From an uncultured bacterium (GTDB lineage Bacteria > CSSED10-310 > CAZUFC01), in assembly GCA_964619725.1 (NCBI GenBank), contig CAZUFC010000167.1, positions 1 through 16,027 on the forward strand: a stretch of DNA of 16,027 nucleotides, given 5' to 3'. Both the position numbers and the translations under genes were made by a program. The notes under the pieces were generated by a model. The model searched no databases, was not told where the DNA came from, and worked only from the letters and a program-made list of their open reading frames with translations. Of the stretch, positions 7,770 through 16,027 are shown in pieces; position 1 is the first letter of the stretch; every line of letters begins with the position of its first letter.

Positions 7770-10700
7770 ATGAAGCAGTTGAAAATTGTTTTATTATTGA
7801 CGGTTATTTTATTCGGCACTCTGGGTTTTATAGATTATTTCTGCGGATCAGGCGCATCGGCATCGCCTGACGGACATGCTGATACTGAGCGCTTTTCGGA
7901 AGCAGGAGCGACGTCTTCCATTCCTTCGCCTTCACGTTCGGCGCTGAGTCCCACCGACCTGACGCCTCCTTACACGTATAATCATGATCCGGAACCGGGA
8001 GAGGAATCCGTTACTCCTTTTACCAATATAAGCCTGCGTATAGCGGACAATGAAAGCGGAGTAGATATGCAAAGCATATCGATGACGGTGGAAGGCAATT
8101 CGGTCAGTCCGGAGATAAGCGGAACGGAGTGGGATTATTTGCTGTTTTACGATCCGCCGACAGATTTCGATTTCGGTCAGATAGTGAATGTGAGCGTTTC
8201 TGCGAAGGACAACAGCGGCAACTGGATGCCTGCGGATATTTATTTTTTCACCATTATCAGTGAAATACCGTCGCCGCCTGTTCCGCCTGCGGGAGTCGAG
8301 GCATATCCCGGCGACGGTTTTGTAAATTTGACCTGGCATTTCGGCGCCGTTTCATCGGTTGAAAGCTATAATATTTACCGAAGCGAGTATTCCGGCGGCG
8401 GATATGTATTACTCCAGGCGAATGAAATGGATTATTTTTATCAGGATTCATCAACGGCAAACGATGTAATGTATTATTATGTCGTAACTTCGGTGGACGT
8501 ATACGGCAGCGAGGGCGATTACAGTCAGGAGGCATCGGCCATGCCGGTCGCCGGCGGTCCGGGAATTCCCACGGGATTATTTTCGGAGGACGGTTCGGGA
8601 GCGGTGATATTAAACTGGGAGGTTCCGCCGTCGGATGAAATAGCCGGTTATAACATATACCGTTATTCGGAAGCTGCGGACAGAATGCGAAGGATAGCGT
8701 GTCTATATCCGGAGGAGCAGTATTTCGATTATTTTATAGCGGGGGATGATGCAAATTTTGTTTACTATTTATCGGCAGTGGATGAGTTCGGACGTGAAAG
8801 CGGTCTGTCTGGAAGTACGACGATTAATCCTTCTGATGCGGAAAAACCTTACCTGGCATCGAAGAAACCGTCGCTTTTTGAAACGGAATACCCCGTTAAC
8901 GCGGGTATTCTGTTTCATTTGCTGGATGATGAGACAGGAGTGGACCCGAATTCCATAACGATCTCACTGGATACGCCTTCCACTTATTTTTGCAGTAAGA
9001 TGAGCGCCTTTGTCTTCAAGAGCGAACGGGAATCATCGCCTGACGAGAATGCGGAGGAAAATTCCAGGACCGGATATTTATATTTCGGTCCCAATGATCT
9101 GACCGTTTATTACAAGGAGATGACGGATTTGGAGTCCAATGCGTTATATACCGTAACGGTTGAAGTAATGGATTCTGAGGCCCCGGCCAATTACAGGAAG
9201 CAGAGATATGAATTTTCAACGAGCGACGCTTATGATACGACGCCTCCGGCGGCGCCGGACATGCTCGACATCACGGCATCCGACAGTTCGATCTATCTGG
9301 AGTGGTCATCTTCCGTAGACACTGACGTTTACGGATACAACATATACAGAAGCATCAACCCGTTGGGAGATTACTCGTTAATGGCATCGAAGCATCCTTC
9401 GAATGCATATCGGGATTACGGCTTGACCAACGGACAGACATATTATTACAAAATTACCTGTGAAGACCTGTCAGGCAATATAAGCGAATATTCGACAGGA
9501 ATATCTGCGATGCCTGCCGCCGGGGTTCCCGGTCGCGTCAGGGGAGTGAAAGCCGAAGCGTCAGCTTCATCCGTTTTACTAACCTGGCAGGCTAATCCTG
9601 AAGACGACGTTATCGGCTATAGTATTTACCGCAGCACGAATCCATCGGTCAATCATGTGCGTATAGCGGAAAATGTGGCTGAAACGGAATACCAGGATGA
9701 CGTTGTTCGATGTTCGGTCTATTCCTATGCCGTAGCGGCCGTAAATGCGGAAGGATGGGAAGGCATTCCGTCGCATTACATCGGCGTCCGGCCGCTCGAT
9801 ACGAACAGCCCGGTAATCTCGAACCGGATACCCGAACCGGGATCGGTCGAAGTTGACGTCGATACGGATGTTTCCTTCCATGCAACAGATATTGAAACAG
9901 GAGTGGATGTAAATTCATTATCCTTCACTTGCGATGGTTCAGCTGTGACTCAAATAGAAATACGGGGAGACAACTACGAATGTCGAATAGTCGGTAAACC
10001 TTATGATTTGGACTCCTACGACGAAATAACGGTTCAGGCTATTGTGCGGGATTTCGCGGAACCTCCGAACATTACGGACGATATCTGGAGTTTCACGACG
10101 AGCGACTCAGAGCCGCCATCATCTTATATTCTCGATCCTGATTACGGACAGTATGTCGGTGGATATTCTTATACCATCCAGGGTTCGGCCTTCGACAATG
10201 AATCCGGATTAAAGGAGGTCTGGGTCAGTACTGACAATGGAGCAACTTATAATGAGACTGAGGGATTGGAAAGCTGGACATACGAATGGGTGTTGGAAGG
10301 ACTCGAGGAAGGAGCGTATCATCTATATTCAAAAGCCGTAGATATTGCCGGGAATGAAGAGAATTCTCCCAATTACGTAATGGTATACCTGGACGATACG
10401 GCTCCCGAATCTGCGATCTGTTTTCCGGAAACCGGCGCCATTCTTGAGGGAACGAGCTGCATGATCCGGGGGTTGGCGCATGATTCCTATTCAGGAGTGG
10501 TCAGGGTGGAGATCAGCGTTGACGGCGGTTCAGGATGGAGCACGGCTTCAGGCACGAATCAGTGGACAAAAGACTGGTCGCCTCCAGGAGATGGTATTTA
10601 CTCTTTAATGTCCCGTGGTCAGGACCACGCAGGCAACCTGGAGGAACCGACGAGTGCGGTTACCGTATACGTCGATGAGAATCCTCCCGTATCGGAAATA

Positions 10701-11990
10701 CTCGACCCCCAGGAGGGCGATTATATCGCTGGGAGCTATTACCCGGTATTAGGAACTTCAGAAGATACGGCCACAGGGGTGTCCCAGGTCATGGTCAGTT
10801 GCGACGGCGGCGCCGAATGGCATGAAGCGTACGGCGAAGATGACTGGGTATACAACTGGAGCCTGCCGGAAGACGGAACATATTTACTGGGAGCGAAGGC
10901 TACAGATTTCGCTGAACACGAAGAATATCCTGAACATTATATCGAAGTGCACGTAGACAATACCCCGCCTTTGACGACGATCATCTCGCCGGAAGACGGT
11001 TCATCGGTCAATGAAACGCTCATAAACATAAGAGTTGAAGCGGTAGATGCCGGTTCCGGCACGGAGCTGGTGGAAATAAGTGTGGACGACGGTTCGACCT
11101 GGAACGCCGCCGAAAGAGAAGGCGATGAATGGCGATTGAATCTGATCGACCTTACGGAAGGAACATACCGTATAATTTCCCGCGGAACAGACGCCGCAGG
11201 GAACGTTGAAATTCCCTCGAAAGGCATCGACCTCAAAATAGATCGAACCCCTCCGCTTGTAATGCTGGGCGGATACTGGGATACCGATCTGACTGTCTCC
11301 GAAGGCGGCGAATTCGTCATGGCGGCGTTCGTCCCTTTTGAAGACGTTGAATCCGTTGATATGACCTACGGCGGAATCGAAACCGGAATGAGGCTCTATG
11401 ACGACGGCTCAAACGGTGACTTGTTCGCCGGCGATAACATTTACACCATGAGATTCCCCATAGGAGGCGCCACTGTCGATGCACAGAAATTCCTGCTGGG
11501 ACTGGAAGCCAGGGATGAAGCGGGAAACACCGGCAAATGGCCTGAATTCATAGTTCATTCCAATCAGGACTCCATGCCCGCGTGCACGCCCGCTGAATTG
11601 CTCGATGCCGCTCATATCATAACCTCAATGGCAAATTCCAATGCGGGTTTTCCCCAGGAAGGCATGCGCCCCTGTATATTCCTCGCCGGTTATTGGAACT
11701 CAATCCTCAACACGGAAGAAGGCGGCGAGTTCACTTTTATGGCATACATACCGCGACTTCAGAATTTCATCACCTCTGTGGAAATCTACTATGGCGGTAT
11801 GCCGGTGGGCCTGCAGCTCATCGACAACGGTTCTCAGGGAGACATCTATCCGGGCGACGGCATCTACACCCTTAAAATAGAGGATATTCCGCCTGGAACG
11901 CCTTCCGATGAATACCTGTTTGAATTAAAAGCCACGGATTCAGAAGGAGCCGAAAGCGGTCTATGGCCCTATCTGACCGTTTGGGAATAG
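7770..11990 (+). CDS. Large secreted FN3/Ig-like repeat protein with tandem C-terminal choice-of-anchor X-like domains (~1406 aa)
   Basis: Start moved to ATG 7770 (AAGGAG 6 nt upstream; ORF track starts at 7755). Signal-like N-terminus; three Ig-like modules (D.E(S/T)GVD..S(I/L)) alternating with two FN3 pairs (L.W...Y(N/S)IYR...Y.D); four Ig-like repeats with (V/I)S.D.G..W; two domains containing L.D(D/N)GS.GD...GD.IYT; very acidic. Confidence 0.9.
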   Translation: MKQLKIVLLLTVILFGTLGFIDYFCGSGASASPDGHADTERFSEAGATSSIPSPSRSALSPTDLTPPYTYNHDPEPGEESVTPFTNISLRIADNESGVDMQSISMTVEGNSVSPEISGTEWDYLLFYDPPTDFDFGQIVNVSVSAKDNSGNWMPADIYFFTIISEIPSPPVPPAGVEAYPGDGFVNLTWHFGAVSSVESYNIYRSEYSGGGYVLLQANEMDYFYQDSSTANDVMYYYVVTSVDVYGSEGDYSQEASAMPVAGGPGIPTGLFSEDGSGAVILNWEVPPSDEIAGYNIYRYSEAADRMRRIACLYPEEQYFDYFIAGDDANFVYYLSAVDEFGRESGLSGSTTINPSDAEKPYLASKKPSLFETEYPVNAGILFHLLDDETGVDPNSITISLDTPSTYFCSKMSAFVFKSERESSPDENAEENSRTGYLYFGPNDLTVYYKEMTDLESNALYTVTVEVMDSEAPANYRKQRYEFSTSDAYDTTPPAAPDMLDITASDSSIYLEWSSSVDTDVYGYNIYRSINPLGDYSLMASKHPSNAYRDYGLTNGQTYYYKITCEDLSGNISEYSTGISAMPAAGVPGRVRGVKAEASASSVLLTWQANPEDDVIGYSIYRSTNPSVNHVRIAENVAETEYQDDVVRCSVYSYAVAAVNAEGWEGIPSHYIGVRPLDTNSPVISNRIPEPGSVEVDVDTDVSFHATDIETGVDVNSLSFTCDGSAVTQIEIRGDNYECRIVGKPYDLDSYDEITVQAIVRDFAEPPNITDDIWSFTTSDSEPPSSYILDPDYGQYVGGYSYTIQGSAFDNESGLKEVWVSTDNGATYNETEGLESWTYEWVLEGLEEGAYHLYSKAVDIAGNEENSPNYVMVYLDDTAPESAICFPETGAILEGTSCMIRGLAHDSYSGVVRVEISVDGGSGWSTASGTNQWTKDWSPPGDGIYSLMSRGQDHAGNLEEPTSAVTVYVDENPPVSEILDPQEGDYIAGSYYPVLGTSEDTATGVSQVMVSCDGGAEWHEAYGEDDWVYNWSLPEDGTYLLGAKATDFAEHEEYPEHYIEVHVDNTPPLTTIISPEDGSSVNETLINIRVEAVDAGSGTELVEISVDDGSTWNAAEREGDEWRLNLIDLTEGTYRIISRGTDAAGNVEIPSKGIDLKIDRTPPLVMLGGYWDTDLTVSEGGEFVMAAFVPFEDVESVDMTYGGIETGMRLYDDGSNGDLFAGDNIYTMRFPIGGATVDAQKFLLGLEARDEAGNTGKWPEFIVHSNQDSMPACTPAELLDAAHIITSMANSNAGFPQEGMRPCIFLAGYWNSILNTEEGGEFTFMAYIPRLQNFITSVEIYYGGMPVGLQLIDNGSQGDIYPGDGIYTLKIEDIPPGTPSDEYLFELKATDSEGAESGLWPYLTVWE

Positions 11991-12027
11991 AAGTGTCCTT
12001 AATTCTGACGCACCTGCATCCGGCATA

Positions 12028-12068
12028 GCTGCGCTTCAACCGATCCGACGGACAAGTTTAAGCGCAGC
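12028..12068. terminator. Hairpin between convergent genes (bidirectional terminator or REP-like palindrome)
   Basis: GCTGCGCTT (12028-12036)/AAGCGCAGC (12060-12068) with an inner TCCGACGGA palindrome; only a weak T-tract follows. Confidence 0.5.
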
Positions 12069-12145
12069 ATTCTTTGTCCGGCGCCTGAACCTGACACGGA
12101 TTTCTCATCTGGAATGAATGAAAGGCTTGGCGCCGCAATAAAAAC

Positions 12146-15055
12146 TTAATCTCCAGAGTGATCCCACCCGAATTGCACAATATCCCATTCGCCCAGAATA
12201 GCGGAAAAATCCCTGGTAAGCAATGCGCCGTATATTTTTATGCCGCTTCCTGTACTTTGTTCCTGCGGCCAGGTGAAGTTCAGGATTTCTTCTTCCATAG
12301 TTTCTATTCCCAGGTCCATTTCGACGTAATCGAATTCGACGGTCCATTGAGGATGCCAGAAAAACACGCCGTATACATCCAGCAGTATGACGAAGGGTTG
12401 AGCCGTGTATGTCTCCGGTCCCCAATTATAAATGATTGCTGTCAGCAGAAACAGGTCATCGGGATGGAACATGCTTTGTGAAAGTTGAAGATCGACTCCG
12501 AGCGCAGGCGTGGGCGTTGCCGGTGTTGACGTGGGTACGGGAGTAACCGGTGAAGGAGAGGGCGGCGGAGTCGTTGTAGGAGAAACGATGGAATAATCTA
12601 CGTAAAGTGATGGAGCATGCGATGCATTGTCCTTTGAATAAATGTATACGCCCGGATAATAGAAATTCTGACATTTGACGACCATGCCGTGATTCAACAT
12701 CGGGTCCTGCTGCAGTATCCACCTTATGGTTTCTGTTACGTCGAGGTGAAGATTCTCGCCTCCTTCATACATATTTGGCGTAATGGTGATGGGTTGGTCC
12801 GCGGGTCTGTTTTCGAAGGTGATGTTTTCTTCATCCCAGGATTCAGTCACCGGGAATGTGAGAATCAACGAACCGGTCAGACCGTAAAATACTGTTCCGG
12901 TTAGACGCGCGCTGTGTATTTCAGCGTCGCAAGGTATCTGTGAAAGATCATATTTGATATAGGACATTTTCTGGAACTGTTCCGTTTTTTCCATAATCAT
13001 ATAAGTATCGGTTCCATAATTTTCCGTTGGAGCCGCCTGGTCGACATAAGCATCCGCCAGAGGTTCGGAAATGACGGCTAAAGTGCCCTGGGGCGTAGCT
13101 GTCGGAATCGGCGTTTCAGTGGGAACAGCAGTGTATGTCGGCGAATCGGCTGAACGGCTTGCACCGGGCAGGGTAATCATGTCAGGTACGCGGTCCCTGG
13201 CATCCGGACTGTAATCGGGAGCGTCTTTCTGCCGCCATTCTATTCTTCTTCCGTTGCATACTGAGCCGATAAAACCGCCGTCCGTCGATTCCTGAAATTT
13301 TTCTAAAGTTTGCCATTCATCCATCATTTCTGCAGATGGATCATACTTTACCGGCCCTCGCATATCATATCCTTCGCGGCTGAACCGCGAAAACAAAATG
13401 CCGTGATACACGTTGTAAAGATCGAATTTTTCATCAATTCCGCCGCCGATAAAGCGTCTCCAGTCATATTGTCCTGTCTCCGTCCATACAACGTCGATAA
13501 AGTCCGAAAAACCATCGGCCAGGAAAGGCGATACGGAGGCGGAACCCGGATTCGCGCCAATTTCAAAAACATCGTTCCACTCGCTGCCCGGCTTTCCTGT
13601 CATTCCGAAGGCTTTCAAACTGTGTCTGCCGTTGAGGACTTCGGTTTCCGTCCAGGCTACGGCGATGCTGCCGTCTTCTGAAGTCGAGACGGACGGCATC
13701 CGGACAAATCGAATGCCTTCGGCGTCGATAAGCGATTCGGTAAGAGTTGACGTTCGAGCCCTGATTTTTCTTATTAATTGTGCTTCGTTCAATCGTCCGG
13801 AATCCATCTCCTTCACCCAGATGTTGTGCTGATTCAGTATGCCCGTCCAGACCGGTTTGCCGTCCTGACCGTAAATGATATCCTCAGCCACGCATGCGGC
13901 AACGACTTTTGACGAACCGTGGACATTTCGGATGCAGCATTCCCGCGGCCTCTGGTTTAAATCAGGCAATTCACTAAAAACAATCAGCGGGTCTTCATCC
14001 AGTGACGGACGCCAGGTTTTTCCATAATCGTCGCTCCAGCGATACTGACTGCCTTCCCACAAAACATGCAGAGCATCATTGGAATCAATACATAAAGTGC
14101 AGCCGACGCCGTTCCCTGCAGTCGACCTCAAGTCCACGGCGTTTCCCCATCCGTTGCGGTTATTGGCGTAAGCGATTCCGCAATCGTGGACGAAGTGACC
14201 CACCTGCCAAACCGCATGAACCACATTACGGGAATCCACCGCCAGGGAAGGCATAATACATTGACAATAAGACGTTTCCCGCGTGCTTATTATCTCAGGG
14301 GGCTTTAAAATTGAAGGAGTATCTCCTGATATGTCCAGCGAACAATAGACCAGGTAACCCGGAAACCTCTCATATTCTCCCCAGGCCAAATGAAGGGTCT
14401 CATGATCGGGCGAAAGCGCCAAAGCTGGATTGACTGCTTTGCGGCATTCGCTTTGTTGAGGTATCCGTAAAAATTCCCAATCGTAGCCGTCGTTTTCAGA
14501 CCAACCGTAATAAATACGCCTTCTGTCGCCGGCAAGAGCCGCAAATACCATGTGCAGCCGGTCACGGCCGTCACGAATTAAATTCCGGCCCGCCGTTTTT
14601 CCGAAAGGATAATGATGAGGAGAAACTGCGCTGAAACCTATATAACGGGAATCTATCACAAACCAGTCCGGTTCCGTCCATTCGGACCAATCACCCGCCT
14701 CATCCCTCAGCGATAACCGCATAAAATAACGCTGACCGTCAATTAATACATGCTCCGGAATATTTATACAGGAGCTTTCTCCCATAGCGCGAAATACCGG
14801 CTGCTGATGCTTTTCATCCAGGCTTATTTCTATTCTGAACGGAAAAGACTGTTCATTGTCTGTCCAGGCTAATACGGGAGATAAATCACAAGTAAATGGA
14901 CCCTGCCCGGCAGAACCTGGCGGATGGAACAAGCGAGGTGACGGCATTTCCATATTATCCAGCTCCGGAGCCGATTTCCCCCACGCATAAAAAAAGCCGA
15001 CCCCGACCAAAGCGACGAAAGCCGGTAAAAAAATTATTCCTTTCCAAATCCTCAT
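12146..15055 (-). CDS. Secreted multidomain protein: FN3-like, Asp-box (BNR) beta-propeller, Pro/Thr linker, DNRLRE/CBM96-like domain, Pro/Thr linker, compact C-terminal domain (~969 aa)
   Basis: Start moved to ATG 15055 (AAGGAGGT upstream). Hydrophobic signal; WSEWTEP FN3-type end; Asp-boxes WSENDGYDW and WSDDYGKTW with repeated D....(L/V)H..W blades; ADAYVDQAAPTENYG...SYIKYDLSQIP...SARL...PSLYVDY; TPTP linkers. Confidence 0.88.
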   Translation of the reverse strand: MRIWKGIIFLPAFVALVGVGFFYAWGKSAPELDNMEMPSPRLFHPPGSAGQGPFTCDLSPVLAWTDNEQSFPFRIEISLDEKHQQPVFRAMGESSCINIPEHVLIDGQRYFMRLSLRDEAGDWSEWTEPDWFVIDSRYIGFSAVSPHHYPFGKTAGRNLIRDGRDRLHMVFAALAGDRRRIYYGWSENDGYDWEFLRIPQQSECRKAVNPALALSPDHETLHLAWGEYERFPGYLVYCSLDISGDTPSILKPPEIISTRETSYCQCIMPSLAVDSRNVVHAVWQVGHFVHDCGIAYANNRNGWGNAVDLRSTAGNGVGCTLCIDSNDALHVLWEGSQYRWSDDYGKTWRPSLDEDPLIVFSELPDLNQRPRECCIRNVHGSSKVVAACVAEDIIYGQDGKPVWTGILNQHNIWVKEMDSGRLNEAQLIRKIRARTSTLTESLIDAEGIRFVRMPSVSTSEDGSIAVAWTETEVLNGRHSLKAFGMTGKPGSEWNDVFEIGANPGSASVSPFLADGFSDFIDVVWTETGQYDWRRFIGGGIDEKFDLYNVYHGILFSRFSREGYDMRGPVKYDPSAEMMDEWQTLEKFQESTDGGFIGSVCNGRRIEWRQKDAPDYSPDARDRVPDMITLPGASRSADSPTYTAVPTETPIPTATPQGTLAVISEPLADAYVDQAAPTENYGTDTYMIMEKTEQFQKMSYIKYDLSQIPCDAEIHSARLTGTVFYGLTGSLILTFPVTESWDEENITFENRPADQPITITPNMYEGGENLHLDVTETIRWILQQDPMLNHGMVVKCQNFYYPGVYIYSKDNASHAPSLYVDYSIVSPTTTPPPSPSPVTPVPTSTPATPTPALGVDLQLSQSMFHPDDLFLLTAIIYNWGPETYTAQPFVILLDVYGVFFWHPQWTVEFDYVEMDLGIETMEEEILNFTWPQEQSTGSGIKIYGALLTRDFSAILGEWDIVQFGWDHSGD

Positions 15056-15411
15056 TATTTGTACCTCCTTCAATAGCGAATTAACTTATATTTGCTTTTC
15101 AAGCGCCGATCGAAAACTTCACTTCTATTATAACGAAAAAACAGAAAAACTAATAACAAAATCAAGGACAAATTAATCGAAGTTATTTTAAGGACGCATT
15201 TCCTGGTCAAAAGCAGACGCAACATCTCGCGTCATAACCATAGCCCGTATAAATATGCGAAAGAGTGCAGTTTCACTGGGGGGGGAAAGGACGGGGGTGT
15301 GACTTTTTACCCTTTACGGAAGTCGCCGACGGGCAATATTGAATGTTTCTGGATGTTCTGCCAGGTTGGGTTTTAGATATTAGAGCCTGCTGATATCGAA
15401 AGCTTTTGGGA

Positions 15412-15434
15412 AAGCGGCAGGATGCCGCTTCTAC
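15412..15434 (-). repeat. GTAG-type REP palindrome, copy A
   Basis: Minus strand reads GTAG-AAGCGGCA-TCC-TGCCGCTT (perfect 8-bp stem). Confidence 0.8.
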
Positions 15435-15491
15435 TTTCTGTTTTTCTTCCTGGGACTTTTCAAAATAAACGTTGCTGCTTTTTCTTTTAAA

Positions 15492-15514
15492 GTAGACGCG
15501 GCATCCTGCCGCGT
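15492..15514 (+). repeat. GTAG-type REP palindrome, copy B
   Basis: GTAG-ACGCGGCA-TCC-TGCCGCGT (perfect 8-bp stem, compensatory change relative to copy A). Confidence 0.8.
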
Positions 15515-15760
15515 TCCCATGGAGGTATTTAATACTCTAGCCTCTGGCGGGGCCTTCAATGGTCTTGCCTGTGCCTTGATCGTTTGTGTTTGGCTTTTGC
15601 TTAAATTGCCGCCGGACGATTTTGTTTGTTTCCTGCTTTTTCGGCTTGGGTTATAATATCGATATTTGATCAATTTTTGTTTTTTATTAAAAATATTGTG
15701 ACTGGTTCGTTTGTAATTTGAATAACAATGAGGCTATAGCGCTGTTTATAGTTTTTAATA

Positions 15761-15822
15761 GCGGACAAAGCGGACAGGGAGGACATGGCGGACTCAGCGG
15801 AGTTTGCGGACTAGCGGACAAT
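15761..15822. repeat. Tandem array of seven ~9-bp units, consensus GCGGACnnn
   Basis: GCGGACAAA GCGGACAGG GAGGACATG GCGGACTCA GCGGAGTTT GCGGACTA GCGGACAAT. Confidence 0.85.
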
Positions 15823-15942
15823 GCCTTAAATCGGTATTCATTTCACTTGATGAATTGATGTCGATCTGTCATTCATAGTCTTTCACGGATTAAAAAATTC
15901 TTTTTGCCTTGCCGTGCCTGGGTAATCGACAGCGCATCGGAA

Positions 15943-15965
15943 AAGCGGCAGCATGCCGCTTCTGC
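15943..15965 (-). repeat. REP palindrome, copy C (GCAG foot)
   Basis: Minus strand reads GCAG-AAGCGGCA-TGC-TGCCGCTT; two differences from copy A. Confidence 0.72.
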
Positions 15966-16027
15966 TTCGTTCTATATGGCTTACCGACGCTGGTTTACGG
16001 ATTTCGCTCTGTATCGTTCTCCTTTTT

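Noticed and set aside
15431-15673. 80-aa Lys-rich minus-strand ORF
   Set aside because: Low complexity from T-tracts; includes translated REP sequence (TRQDAAST); no clear RBS.
15640-15830. Replication origin (AT-rich tract plus iteron-like repeats)
   Set aside because: No DnaA boxes (TTATCCACA) seen, the units are much shorter than typical iterons, and no rep or dnaA gene is in the window.

Overview
Bacterial chromosomal window with housekeeping/transport genes on the left and large extracellular-protein genes on the right. It contains a glnA (type I glutamine synthetase) + ArgE/DapE-type M20 hydrolase pair, a zinc-ribbon/DUF2007-like protein, corA, a tail-fibre-like protein whose peptidase S74-type chaperone domain lacks the Ser-Lys autocleavage pair, a small exported protein and an MscS channel. 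Two convergent large secreted proteins follow (FN3/Ig-repeat protein; Asp-box propeller + DNRLRE-like protein), each ending in a different compact C-terminal domain that may be a lineage-specific export/anchoring signal. The intergenic DNA is rich in structure: a composite element at 6171-6437 (two 55-bp hairpin direct repeats with a compensatory base-pair change, bracketing a ~143-bp inverted-repeat element), GTAG-type REP palindromes and a 9-bp GCGGAC tandem array. No rRNA, tRNA, CRISPR array or transposase was seen. All family assignments come from motif recognition by eye, not database searches.
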